A stretch of 64,000 nt of DNA from a virus: positions 10,424 through 74,423 of the IMG/VR virus record IMGVR_UViG_3300036823_000301; one strand, 5' to 3'. Within the stretch, counting starts at the first letter, position 1, and each line of letters begins with the position of its first letter. A model generated the notes under the pieces. It made no database searches and had not been told where the DNA came from. It was given only the letters and a program-made list of their open reading frames with translations. Both the position numbers and the translations under genes were made by a program. This document shows positions 9,417-18,721 of this stretch, piece by piece.

Positions 9417-9599
9417 GTGGTAAGTATGCAGAAGGAATTCACGAAATTTTATGATTGTCAGACAATTGAAGATGAATTTCGTTGTCAACTCAATCAGTTA
9501 GTGTTACGGTTTGGGTGGATTTACCCATCTGATTTGGCTTATATTCTTCAAGAAGTCCAAGAAAATTTATTGGATGCAGTTTGGACCGGAAAACGGTAA
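9417..9599 (+). CDS. Hypothetical protein
   Basis: Short ORF in a same-strand chain. Confidence 0.4.
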   Translation: MVSMQKEFTKFYDCQTIEDEFRCQLNQLVLRFGWIYPSDLAYILQEVQENLLDAVWTGKR

Positions 9600-9831
9600 T
9601 GTCAGACAAACTACGGAGTCACCAATGTCCGAAATACTACCCGAAATTACTGTAAAGCAGAAGGGGTTATATGTTAGCATGATCTTCGTCTGCCAAACTA
9701 TTGAAGAGGCCGACGCGCTTTATGCTGAATTGAAGTATCGGATAACGAATAAAGATAAATCACAACTGAAGGTCATGATTGATGCTGATAACACGGAGAT
9801 CGTCTCTGACGGGAGAGCGGCGGACGCTTGA
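9511..9831 (+). CDS. Hypothetical protein (true start probably MSEILP, ~9624)
   Basis: GGAG RBS precedes the internal ATG. Confidence 0.5.
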   Translation: MGGFTHLIWLIFFKKSKKIYWMQFGPENGNVRQTTESPMSEILPEITVKQKGLYVSMIFVCQTIEEADALYAELKYRITNKDKSQLKVMIDADNTEIVSDGRAADA

Positions 9832-9991
9832 CCTGCCGGTCACTGTTGAACAGCTATCGGCTTATATGGCTGGTGCTCTTGTTCAAGAAGCCTTCCCCAA
9901 CCTAGACGTCGATTCGCGTGAATTCATCCTCTCGGGAGTAACTCCAGAAGAGTGGGCGGCTCAATTCGTACCAGCGGAGGGCGGTGAATGA
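9779..9991 (+). CDS. Conserved small phage protein
   Basis: LVQEAFPNLDVDSREFILSGVTPEEW, a motif recurrent in phage hypotheticals. Confidence 0.75.
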   Translation: MMLITRRSSLTGERRTLDLPVTVEQLSAYMAGALVQEAFPNLDVDSREFILSGVTPEEWAAQFVPAEGGE

Positions 9992-10185
9992 CGCGAACAT
10001 TTCATCCACTTGGTCGCATTGGCGGCCTTGCGGACGCTGTTGCAAGCGGCGCGCGCGGCGTGCTGAAGGATATGGTGATCACCCCTGGTGAAGATGCTTA
10101 TACATACCAGGGGACGACTGAAGCAGTCAATTTACTGAAGGAAGCTCTCGCGGATCTGGATCACTACTTCGAAGGTTGGCGGTAA
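9988..10185 (+). CDS. Hypothetical protein
   Basis: ATGA overlap with the previous ORF. Confidence 0.55.
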   Translation: MTRTFHPLGRIGGLADAVASGARGVLKDMVITPGEDAYTYQGTTEAVNLLKEALADLDHYFEGWR

Positions 10186-10242
10186 CCACAAATGAAGTAT
10201 CGGAACGTATTGGCACGGATGTCTGGCTGAAAGACTCTGACA

Positions 10243-10692
10243 ATGAAATTGACCAAACTCCTGAGTTGGGATGAGTATAAGAAACTGGGCGACGATGCTG
10301 TCGCCCAGGGTTTCTACCGTAATGACCGACGAATCTTCACGCCCGGTATGGGTTGGCCAAACCCATGGTATTATGACCATACAGGGGAACGGGAACGTCA
10401 TGGTCTGCACGTAATGTTCAAAGTTGGGGACAGGGGGAATGGTGAATTTTTGTCAAAGCATTACTGGCGGGACTGGGCGGACAAGCGAGATCCATTGACC
10501 GTTGTCTGCCCGAATGGTGCCACCTGGGAGATTGACCGCAAGTCGAGCAACGGTACCGGTTGGATTGTCACCGGTGACTGGCCAAACCTCACTTGTACGC
10601 CGTCGATTGTCGTGCCGGGTTATCACGGCTTTCTGCGTGACGGTGAATTCACGGCCGATCTTGAAGGTCGCGGCGCCGACTGGACTGTGTAG
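10243..10692 (+). CDS. Hypothetical protein, DUF6527-like C-terminus
   Basis: CPNG...W.VTGD.PNLTCTPSI....YHGFLRDGEF. Confidence 0.6.
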   Translation: MKLTKLLSWDEYKKLGDDAVAQGFYRNDRRIFTPGMGWPNPWYYDHTGERERHGLHVMFKVGDRGNGEFLSKHYWRDWADKRDPLTVVCPNGATWEIDRKSSNGTGWIVTGDWPNLTCTPSIVVPGYHGFLRDGEFTADLEGRGADWTV

Positions 10693-12650
10693 TGGCACAC
10701 GTCAAAGATTACAACCAGATGCCGCTGCTTACCCCTGACAGCACCTGGATGGCTCCAACTGAATTACCGAACCTAACCGGTGTTAAGAATCTAGCATTTG
10801 ATGTTGAAACTAACGATCCCCAGCTTCGTCAGCTGGGTCCGGGCGTACGCCGTGGTGCTTATGTTGTTGGCATGTCGCTGGGCACCGATGATGGACGACG
10901 ATGGTATTTACCGATTTGCCATCAAGGCGGTGGAAATCTTGATGAACGTATTGTCTGGCGTTGGGCACGGTCGGAATTAAACGCGTTCTGTGGTAATCTC
11001 GTCGGCGCGAATCTGGTCTATGACCTAGATTTCGCGGCTGAACAGGGGGTAACGTTTCCGAACGTTCATCGCTTCCATGACGTGCAAATTGCCGAACCTC
11101 TGATTGATGAATGGCGGGATCGTTACAATCTCGACAGTCTGGCGTCTGACTATCTCGGGGACAACAAGCGTGAAAGCTTGCTCAGAGAGGCCGCCGAAGC
11201 CTACGGCTTCGGCGATTCGATGGGGGACATCAAGGGCAATTTGTGGCGCCTGCCGGCAGGCTATGTCGGCGATTATGGTGAGGGCGATGCGGACCTCCCT
11301 CTACGCATCCTCCCCCTGCAACTAGCTAAGCTCGAAGAGCAGGGTCTGACGGAGCTGTTCGACCTGGAATCAAGACTGCTTCCGGTGCTGCTTGGCATGC
11401 GCCGACGCGGCGTTGCTGTGTCGATCGAACAAACGGAAGAAGTGCGAGAACGTCTCGTCCGCGAACGCGCGGAAATAATGGGACGCTTGAAGCGTCTTGC
11501 AGGTCCGAAGGCTGAACTACGTGCGTCAGAATCGTTTGCGGAAGCCTTGAAGAACAGGGGGTTGGATGTTCCTTTGACCCCAAAGACGCGAAAACCACAG
11601 ATTCAAAAGGCGTGGCTGCAAAGCCACGCTGGGGATGAGCTCGTTGACCTGATTATTGGGGGCAGAGCTGTTGACACTATCATTAATACATTTATTGATG
11701 GTCACATCTTAAGTCATTCCATAAATGGACGCATTCACTGCGAATTTAATCAGCTAAAACGTGAGAGCGATGGTGGTGGTATATCAGGCACCATCGCTCG
11801 TCTGAGCTCATCTTCACCAAATCTTCAAAATTTGCCAAAAAGAGATCAATCTTTTGGTGCTTTGATTAGGAGTATCTTCAGACCTGAAACTGGTGAACGT
11901 TGGGGCAGCTGCGATTTAAGCCAGATCGAATTCCGCCTACTTGTACATTATGCGCAGGGACAGCTATCAGATGAAACCCGTCAGCGCTACTGCGACGATC
12001 CGGCGACAGATTTTCATCAATATGTTGGCACGCTGCTGGGTGTCAACATGCAGGACAAGTCCAAGCGGAGCCAAGTCAAGTCCACGAATTTTTGCAAGAT
12101 TTATGGTGGCGGCGCAGCGAAAATCGCCACAGTCGCTGGGTGCTCGCTGGACGAGGCCACAGTCTTTATGGGCCAGCACGAGGCTGCGTTCCCATTCGTC
12201 AAACAGACGACGGATCTGGCGACCCGGCGGGCCGGTTCGCGCGGTTATGTCACAACGATTTATGGCCGTAGACAGCGGTTCCCCCTGTTCGAACCGGTGA
12301 ACAATCGCCAGAAAGTCTATCCACCCCTACCCTATGAACAGGCCCGTGAAAAATATGGCCACCGCATCACACGGTATCAGACTTATGCCGCACTAAACCG
12401 CGTGTTACAGGGGAGTGCTGCGGATATGATGAAAAAAGCTATGGTAGACATCCACGAAAGTGGCGTTACCGAAGTCTTGGGCTCGATGCTGATCACCGTA
12501 CACGACGAGCTGAACGCATCGATGCCGGATACACCTGTGGGGTTGGAAGCCATGCATGAGGTTCAGCGTATGATGCAAAATGCTATCGGATTGCGTGTGC
12601 CCGTGCTTTCAGAGTTGAAAATTGCTAATAACTGGGGTGAGTGTGCATGA
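10692..12650 (+). CDS. polA: DNA polymerase family A with 3'-5' exonuclease
   Basis: ExoI FDVET, ExoII NLVYD, SSSPNLQNLP, motif A DLSQIEFR, motif B K..NF..IYG, QGSAAD, motif C VHDEL. Confidence 0.96.
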   Translation: MAHVKDYNQMPLLTPDSTWMAPTELPNLTGVKNLAFDVETNDPQLRQLGPGVRRGAYVVGMSLGTDDGRRWYLPICHQGGGNLDERIVWRWARSELNAFCGNLVGANLVYDLDFAAEQGVTFPNVHRFHDVQIAEPLIDEWRDRYNLDSLASDYLGDNKRESLLREAAEAYGFGDSMGDIKGNLWRLPAGYVGDYGEGDADLPLRILPLQLAKLEEQGLTELFDLESRLLPVLLGMRRRGVAVSIEQTEEVRERLVRERAEIMGRLKRLAGPKAELRASESFAEALKNRGLDVPLTPKTRKPQIQKAWLQSHAGDELVDLIIGGRAVDTIINTFIDGHILSHSINGRIHCEFNQLKRESDGGGISGTIARLSSSSPNLQNLPKRDQSFGALIRSIFRPETGERWGSCDLSQIEFRLLVHYAQGQLSDETRQRYCDDPATDFHQYVGTLLGVNMQDKSKRSQVKSTNFCKIYGGGAAKIATVAGCSLDEATVFMGQHEAAFPFVKQTTDLATRRAGSRGYVTTIYGRRQRFPLFEPVNNRQKVYPPLPYEQAREKYGHRITRYQTYAALNRVLQGSAADMMKKAMVDIHESGVTEVLGSMLITVHDELNASMPDTPVGLEAMHEVQRMMQNAIGLRVPVLSELKIANNWGECA

Positions 12651-12718
12651 CCATTCGTGATGGAGAATACTTAAACTAAATCCGCCGCACCCGTTACGCT
12701 GGAAAGGTTAGAAACTGC

Positions 12719-13732
12719 ATGGCGTTCCGAGTCCCGAACCTTGCCCCAGCTTACTTGACCGATTCGGGGGCAGCATATTGCGGCGACTCGATTGAACTTC
12801 TGGCGCAGCTTCCCGACAACAGCATCAATCTCGTTTTCACGTCGCCGCCCTTCGCGTTGCAGCGGCAGAAGGCATACGGGAACAAGGACCAGATGGAGTA
12901 TGTTGACTGGCTGGCGGCCTTCGCCCGCGAAGTCCATCGCGTCTTGAAAGATGACGGTAGTTTCGTGTTGGACCTCGGCGGATCATACGAGAAAGGAACC
13001 CCGGCACGGAGCCTGTATAATTTCAGGGTTCTTATAAAATTCTGTGATGACCTGGGCTTTTTTCTGGCCGAGGATTTCTACTGGTTCAATCCATCGAAGC
13101 TTCCCAGCCCCATCGAATGGGTCAACAAGCGCAAACTGCGGGCGAAGGATGCCGTGAACACCGTATGGTGGTTCAGCAAAACCGCGTGGCCGAAGGCCGA
13201 TATCACGAAGGTTCTGGCCCCCTACAGCGACCGCATGAAGAAATTGCTGATCGATCCTGACGCTTTTTACACACCAAAATTGCGGCCATCAGGCCACGAC
13301 ATTGGCAGGGGCTTCGCTAAAGACAATGGCGGAGCCATCCCGTCGAACCTGCTGCGGATACCCAATACTGAGTCGAACGGCCTGTATCTCGACGGATGCA
13401 AGGCCGTCGGGGAGAAGCAGCACCCGGCCCGCTTCCCGGCAAAGCTGCCGGAATTCTTTATCCGCATGCTGACCGAACCGGGTGACGTCGTTCTGGACAT
13501 CTTTGCCGGATCGAACACTACCGGTCAGGTTGCAGAAGCGGAAAACCGACAATGGCTAGCGTTCGAACTGTCCCGCGACTACGTGGCGACGTCCGCCTTC
13601 CGGTTCCTCGGAGGCAACGACGCGCACGACGAGATGCACCAGTTGTACGACCGCATCGAAAAAGGTGAATCCGTCGATCTAAACAGCTACATCTCTCAGG
13701 GCGGCTTTATGCCAACTGCCGCAGATGAATGA
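12719..13732 (+). CDS. Orphan DNA methyltransferase, beta-class N4-cytosine type (M.PvuII-like)
   Basis: TSPPFALQRQKAYGN, KLPSPIEWVNKRK, HPARFP and LDIFAGSNTTG; catalytic motif precedes the SAM motif; no cognate restriction enzyme. Confidence 0.9.
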   Translation: MAFRVPNLAPAYLTDSGAAYCGDSIELLAQLPDNSINLVFTSPPFALQRQKAYGNKDQMEYVDWLAAFAREVHRVLKDDGSFVLDLGGSYEKGTPARSLYNFRVLIKFCDDLGFFLAEDFYWFNPSKLPSPIEWVNKRKLRAKDAVNTVWWFSKTAWPKADITKVLAPYSDRMKKLLIDPDAFYTPKLRPSGHDIGRGFAKDNGGAIPSNLLRIPNTESNGLYLDGCKAVGEKQHPARFPAKLPEFFIRMLTEPGDVVLDIFAGSNTTGQVAEAENRQWLAFELSRDYVATSAFRFLGGNDAHDEMHQLYDRIEKGESVDLNSYISQGGFMPTAADE

Positions 13733-13914
13733 GGGAAACGGCGGCCAAGGAACCTCTAATGGAATTTGAAGAGTGGATTAAAACTGCCCGTGCTTATGCT
13801 ATAAGCTGGTATGGCTCCGATATCGAACTAGGCTCGGATGATGATATGGCGGATTATTTTGTTGAAGAATATGATGCAAAAGATGCGGTCGATGATGTCA
13901 TGATTTTTGGATGA
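13729..13914 (+). CDS. Hypothetical acidic protein
   Basis: ATGA-coupled short ORF. Confidence 0.5.
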   Translation: MRETAAKEPLMEFEEWIKTARAYAISWYGSDIELGSDDDMADYFVEEYDAKDAVDDVMIFG

Positions 13915-13920
13915 ATTAGA

Positions 13921-14160
13921 ATGCTGAATGATAATTACAAAATTATCAATATATTGCACCAGCTTGTTGACAATCTAAAACCGATCCTCGACAATCTTGA
14001 CACGAAAACGGTACCATCCATTCGGGTCACCTTGACTGAAGATAGTGGGCGAGCGGTCGTGTTGGTGGCTGGTATAGAATTTGAACGGCCGACTAAAACC
14101 GAGGGCCTTGCAGCCCATATCATAACGGATTCACCGAAATCGATTAAAACATTGGAGTAG
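13921..14160 (+). CDS. Hypothetical protein
   Basis: ORF in chain. Confidence 0.5.
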   Translation: MLNDNYKIINILHQLVDNLKPILDNLDTKTVPSIRVTLTEDSGRAVVLVAGIEFERPTKTEGLAAHIITDSPKSIKTLE

Positions 14161-14163
14161 GAA

Positions 14164-14361
14164 ATGAAAACGTGTATATCGTGTTGTCACGTGGTAGGGA
14201 TTAGCTGTCACTATCCGCTATTGCTATCGCCAGTAACCGGTGAAAAAACCGCGGTATTATGTGCTAATGCCCGCGAGGTGGGTGGGTTTTGCGGCCCTGA
14301 AGGGCGATTTTGGTTCGGAAAAATGTTAGCGGTGCCGGACCTGCCGTCAAGTGACCAGTGA
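14164..14361 (+). CDS. Cys-rich hypothetical phage protein
   Basis: CISCCH...SPVTG...C...R....CGPEGRFW. Confidence 0.65.
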   Translation: MKTCISCCHVVGISCHYPLLLSPVTGEKTAVLCANAREVGGFCGPEGRFWFGKMLAVPDLPSSDQ

Positions 14362-14767
14362 ACGTGGGCTCTGGCGAACGCTGCGGGCAAATCTAAGTCC
14401 GTATGGCCGGCTGGTGCGGATTGAATCGAAAACTGAGGCTGGTATATCAGATGTGCTTTACTGTATTCAGGGGCACACCGGTTGGCTTGAGCTCAAAGAG
14501 TTGGAAGATTGGCCAAAACGGGCGTCCACCCCTGTCCGCATTCACCATCTGATGCTCGAACAGGTCACGTTCTTGGAATCATGGCAGGCTTCCGGCGGAA
14601 AAGCCCATCTTTTGCTACAAGTTAACCGTAACTATCTGTTATTAACTGCTGGATTGGCGCGCGCAATCTATATCGGTGCGACACGTGCAGAACTAGAAGC
14701 GCAGGCTATTGTGATGGGGTATCATCACCTACCGACAATAGCTCTCGTGCGGGCACTTATAAGTTGA
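14351..14767 (+). CDS. PD-(D/E)XK nuclease, VRR-NUC/Holliday junction resolvase-like
   Basis: RIES...GISDV...WLELK...EQVTFL...SGG. Confidence 0.8.
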   Translation: MTSERGLWRTLRANLSPYGRLVRIESKTEAGISDVLYCIQGHTGWLELKELEDWPKRASTPVRIHHLMLEQVTFLESWQASGGKAHLLLQVNRNYLLLTAGLARAIYIGATRAELEAQAIVMGYHHLPTIALVRALIS

Positions 14768-15114
14768 AAACTGTAATGACACTTGGCGAATTAATTTGGA
14801 CGTGGCGACAACGTCAAGGTTTTTCTTTGGTTGAGGCTGCGAATAGGTTTGGTGTCGCAAAAGGGCGCTGGGTCGGCTTTGAAGCAGATCGGTTTGATCC
14901 CCCTGACCTCATCTGTCAGCAGACGACAGACCTGAATCCGACAATTACCGAAGAGCTTCGTGTGTGGCGGCGGCGATCCGGGCTCGGGAGCAGGGGAGCG
15001 GCTAAAGCTTTTGGCAAAAGTCATGTGTCGCTCTTGCGCCTGGAACGGGCCGGAAGCCAGGAGCTGCTCGAATGGTATCTGACGCCATCACACCATATAA
15101 AGCTTTACAATTAG
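14764..15114 (+). CDS. Tandem XRE-type HTH protein
   Basis: Two repeats of WR.R.G.....AA..FG.......FE/LE. Confidence 0.75.
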   Translation: MKTVMTLGELIWTWRQRQGFSLVEAANRFGVAKGRWVGFEADRFDPPDLICQQTTDLNPTITEELRVWRRRSGLGSRGAAKAFGKSHVSLLRLERAGSQELLEWYLTPSHHIKLYN

Positions 15115-15138
15115 ACTTATCTAGGTTAATGCTAAGGC

Positions 15139-15351
15139 ATGTCAAATACTGATGAAGAAATATGCCCAGTGGCAGCAGCGGTCACCCGTGATATCATGAA
15201 ACGGGCTACGCTAGGCCAATTGAAATACGGCACCAATTTGATGCGGCCGGATTTAACACATCGTCAGTGGCTGCAACATCTATATGAAGAACTGCTCGAC
15301 GGTGCGAACTACATCAAGCGCGTGATGATCGATTTGGATAATGCATCATAG
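15139..15351 (+). CDS. Small all-alpha phage protein, possible MazG-like nucleotide pyrophosphohydrolase
   Basis: GQLKYGTNL.R.DL...WLQHLYEELLDGANY. Confidence 0.6.
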   Translation: MSNTDEEICPVAAAVTRDIMKRATLGQLKYGTNLMRPDLTHRQWLQHLYEELLDGANYIKRVMIDLDNAS

Positions 15352-15365
15352 GGCAGCCGTATTTT

Positions 15366-15935
15366 ATGAACTGGCAAGACAGACTTGACAACTATCATCA
15401 AGTTACCGGATTCCCGCAGGGACTCTTCATTGCTGGTGATGGTCGTGTTGTTGGGACCTGGATTTTAGGCAACAACTATCAGGTTAAGTCCGGCTACTAC
15501 GGGGGCTACCCCAATACCTACTTGCGGCGTGTTCGCGCGTTGTTCCCGGACATTTCGCGGACGCTTCACCTATTTAGCGGTCAGGTCGATCTTGAAGCCT
15601 TCCCCGGCGATACGGTAGACATTAATCCAACATTGAATCCAACTTTCGTGGACGATGCCCAGACGCTGACAGGGGTGCCGCTGGAAAATTACGATTTGAT
15701 TCTAGCAGATCCACCCTATAGCATCGAAGATTCTGAGCGATATCAGAACAGTATGATCAAACGAAATGTGGTGATGCGAAATCTTCAACGCTGTCGGCCA
15801 GGAACTTATGTGGGGGTGCTCGATCAGGTGCTATGGCAGTGGCGGAAAGAAGCGTTCGCGCTCCAGGCAGTTATTGGTATTGTTCGATCAACAAATCACC
15901 GATTTAGGGTTTTATCAATTTTTCAACGTCTTTGA
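15366..15935 (+). CDS. Small SAM-dependent amino-methyltransferase (DPPY)
   Basis: LHLFSG (motif I), VDINP, DLILADPPYS (motif IV); little room for a target-recognition domain. Confidence 0.75.
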   Translation: MNWQDRLDNYHQVTGFPQGLFIAGDGRVVGTWILGNNYQVKSGYYGGYPNTYLRRVRALFPDISRTLHLFSGQVDLEAFPGDTVDINPTLNPTFVDDAQTLTGVPLENYDLILADPPYSIEDSERYQNSMIKRNVVMRNLQRCRPGTYVGVLDQVLWQWRKEAFALQAVIGIVRSTNHRFRVLSIFQRL

Positions 15936-16272
15936 TCAACGACCAATAATAGTATCGAGCTATTTTTCCGACGTCATGGCCGACGATGGATTCGAGGCAG
16001 ACTAGAGCGACAATACAGTGTCCTACGGATGCCCTGCCCTCGTTGCACCATGCACAGCTGACTTTGATGTTTTCGCGCGCATCTCTGCCCTTCAACGAAG
16101 TCGGTAAAATGTGATCTATGGTGGCTCTACCCCACGACTTTGTCGTAAATCTGCGCTGACACCATGCGCAATGTGTGCAGCTATTTCGTAATTTTTTATG
16201 CCACAGACCTTTCAATAAGCGGGACCCGCGACATGTGCCAGTTTGTTGGTCCACATACCAAATCTCCGTCAT
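15904..16272 (-). CDS. HNH endonuclease
   Basis: CAWC...TIDHILPTSLKG....NIKVSCAWCNEGR. Start taken at MTEIW (the ORF track extends to 16347). Confidence 0.8.
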   Translation of the reverse strand: MTEIWYVDQQTGTCRGSRLLKGLWHKKLRNSCTHCAWCQRRFTTKSWGRATIDHILPTSLKGRDARENIKVSCAWCNEGRASVGHCIVALVCLESIVGHDVGKIARYYYWSLIKDVEKLIKP

Positions 16273-16362
16273 GTCATTTCCTTGTTTACAAATGACCAGA
16301 TAGCGCTTACTAAAATCACATCGACTCGCTGATGAGTTGGTTTTCAAAAACGGAGTGTAAAA

Positions 16363-17805
16363 ATGATCTCTTTGACCTATCCGGCGTCTGCCAACGGCAC
16401 TACGGCTGGTCCGTCAGGCATAGCGATCAATGATACAAACAGCACAAGTTGGGTAATCACTGGCCCCAGCAACGAGATTGAGCGGCTCTCGCCTACTACT
16501 GGTGGCGTCCTCGACGCGTCCACATCGAATGTGGACGCCCTTACCTTAGTGAATGGGGTGATCTGGCAGCAAGCACACCCTAGCTGGGCACCGACGACGG
16601 CCTATTGGTTCAAGTGGACTGGAAGCGGTTGGAGCGCCGGCCAGACCGCTTCCCCGTTAGCTGGCGTGCCAAGCACCGACGGCAGCTACATTGGCACGCC
16701 GCCTGCTGGCACGCTCGGCACCAACGTCACGGACCAGCTCCTGGTCGATAATCAGGGGAATGTCTGGGGGTTGGTGAATGGGCAAGTAACCGAAAACGGT
16801 GTGATTGATAAGACCACCGACGGCGTCCAGGCACTAGAAATTCACAATGGCGTTCTCTGGCAGGAAGCAGTCCCAAGCTGGGGTAATGGCAACGACTACT
16901 TCTTCCAGTGGACGGGGAAGACCTGGGGGACGGGCACCCTCGTGTCCCCCCTGCCCGAGCCGGAAGTTTGGGTGGGCGGCGGCAACAACAACGCATCCAA
17001 TCCAACTGACTGGTTACAGGGACACGTCCCGCAAGCAAGTGAAGGTCTCGCGGATATTCTCAGCGGCACCATCAATGTGCACGGCAACGATATGGTCAAC
17101 GACACCTTGCATATTGCGGGTCCCGAAGATTTTATTGGCCCGACGTCAGCCACGACCATCAATCTCTTCGCGCAGCCCGCGTTCAATATGACCGTTGGTC
17201 AGGGGGCATCTGCGATTACAATCAATATTGAGAATCAGTCGCGGTGGACAGGGGGTATCAACACGAATCCATTCGCGACCGACAGCGTCGTGAATGGTCC
17301 AGGCGTCTGGCAGAACACAAATTCATCCATCGAGCGTGGGCTCGCGGTCAACGCGCCAGTCGCCAGTGTCGGTGGGATCTTCGACTTGGCTGGTAATCAT
17401 GGTGGGACGCCAACCTTGGAATTCATGCAGAGTGTTGTTGGCCAGACGGTCTACGTGGAAGGTGGTTCCTACGCCAACGTCCCCAGCGCGCTGAAAATTG
17501 ACGACCCCAAGGATTTCCAATCGTCAATCCAGCTGGGATTTGGCTCCATCGATCTGAAAGGCATTCTGGCTTCGATGTACCAGTTCGATGGTAAGACCTT
17601 GACCCTCTATAATGCAGCCAATCAGAAGGTAGAGACGCTGAATCTAGCACTGGACACCAATCCGACGGCTCATAGCGGCGGTTTTGGAGCCACCCATCTG
17701 GGGGTATTCCAAGTTGGCTCGGACGTGGTTATCGCTGGCAATAGCCAGAACTACAATTCCTACACACCGGCAGCGGGATCGATCGCTCTGCCAATACATG
17801 CCTGA
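16363..17805 (+). CDS. Surface/adhesin-like protein with two Trp-rich modules and a beta-rich C-terminal region
   Basis: Two copies of D..(G)..W....G...D..T..V.AL...NGV.WQ.A.PSW....Y.F.WTG..W; GGAG RBS. Confidence 0.75.
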   Translation: MISLTYPASANGTTAGPSGIAINDTNSTSWVITGPSNEIERLSPTTGGVLDASTSNVDALTLVNGVIWQQAHPSWAPTTAYWFKWTGSGWSAGQTASPLAGVPSTDGSYIGTPPAGTLGTNVTDQLLVDNQGNVWGLVNGQVTENGVIDKTTDGVQALEIHNGVLWQEAVPSWGNGNDYFFQWTGKTWGTGTLVSPLPEPEVWVGGGNNNASNPTDWLQGHVPQASEGLADILSGTINVHGNDMVNDTLHIAGPEDFIGPTSATTINLFAQPAFNMTVGQGASAITINIENQSRWTGGINTNPFATDSVVNGPGVWQNTNSSIERGLAVNAPVASVGGIFDLAGNHGGTPTLEFMQSVVGQTVYVEGGSYANVPSALKIDDPKDFQSSIQLGFGSIDLKGILASMYQFDGKTLTLYNAANQKVETLNLALDTNPTAHSGGFGATHLGVFQVGSDVVIAGNSQNYNSYTPAAGSIALPIHA

Positions 17806-17899
17806 AAATGTTTCGTAAGTGACGTTTTTGCCTTAGCAGCGACTACACGTGTTAGGTATATTTAATCCTGTCACGTAAACAGCGCAGAAATGGTCTTCT

Positions 17900-18265
17900 A
17901 TGGTTAAGGTCCTAATCGTAGAAGACCTACACATCAGTAGGAAATTGGTTATCCGCATGCTTTATGGCAGCGGCTATGATGTCACAGAAGCCGATAGTGG
18001 GGTTCAGGCCCTGTTGCTGTATGAGCAGGGTCACCGCTTTGATGTCGTGATCACGGATATTGCGATGCCAGGTGGAATTGATGGCATCGATCTAGCAGAG
18101 GCTGTACGTCAGATCGACAGTAAGGCACGAATCATATTTATATCGGGATATGCAGGCGTAGATTGGACGATTTTAGAAGAGCTTAATGCAAGTTTTATTG
18201 GTAAACCATTTCGACGTAAGGAATTACTGGATCATTTACGTCTAAAATTGCAAGGATCACAATGA
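17900..18265 (+). CDS. Single-domain response regulator (CheY-like receiver)
   Basis: VLIVED, VVITDIAMPG (phosphoacceptor D), IFISGY and FIGKPF motifs. Confidence 0.92.
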   Translation: MVKVLIVEDLHISRKLVIRMLYGSGYDVTEADSGVQALLLYEQGHRFDVVITDIAMPGGIDGIDLAEAVRQIDSKARIIFISGYAGVDWTILEELNASFIGKPFRRKELLDHLRLKLQGSQ

Positions 18266-18459
18266 TAGAATTTTCTCAAGAACACTCCGATGCTATCGAA
18301 GCGATGAAAAATCAATTGCTCATCGTGCTCATAAAACGTTTAGGAGGAAAAATCAAAATACCAGTGGCAGAAATTGATGGGACTGGACAGGATCTATTGT
18401 TAATGCGGCTAGACCAAGAGCAGCATCGATTCGAATTCGTCGTGAAAAAGAAGAATTGA
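18262..18459 (+). CDS. Hypothetical protein
   Basis: ATGA-coupled; last clear + strand gene before the convergence point. Confidence 0.6.
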   Translation: MIEFSQEHSDAIEAMKNQLLIVLIKRLGGKIKIPVAEIDGTGQDLLLMRLDQEQHRFEFVVKKKN

Positions 18460-18721
18460 TGCGGCTTATAACTATCTTTGATTACCTATCACTTCCAGGA
18501 CTGCTTGAATTTTTTCAGGATGCTCTTGTATTTATAAGCGCATGGCTCTGTCGAAAAGCGCACGTGCGTCGCATGATAAAGAATCTCGTGGCGCTGCGTG
18601 ATGACCTAACGAACCTCAAATCGTGAGATCGCACATGGAACCGCAAATGTATGAGAGTCCGCTAACAGCGATCAATACTAGACTCACTGAGATAAACGAT
18701 CGGTTAGATGCGCACGACGCG

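Noticed and set aside
1452-12650. Inteins or introns in nrdA, nrdB, helicase or polA
   Set aside because: Lengths are normal and motifs contiguous; no intein termini seen.
12719-16347. Complete restriction-modification system
   Set aside because: The nearby nucleases look like a resolvase and a free-standing HNH, not cognate restriction enzymes.
18460-18721. Gene or bidirectional terminator at the convergence of the two arms
   Set aside because: Only short conflicting ORFs, and no convincing hairpin found by eye.
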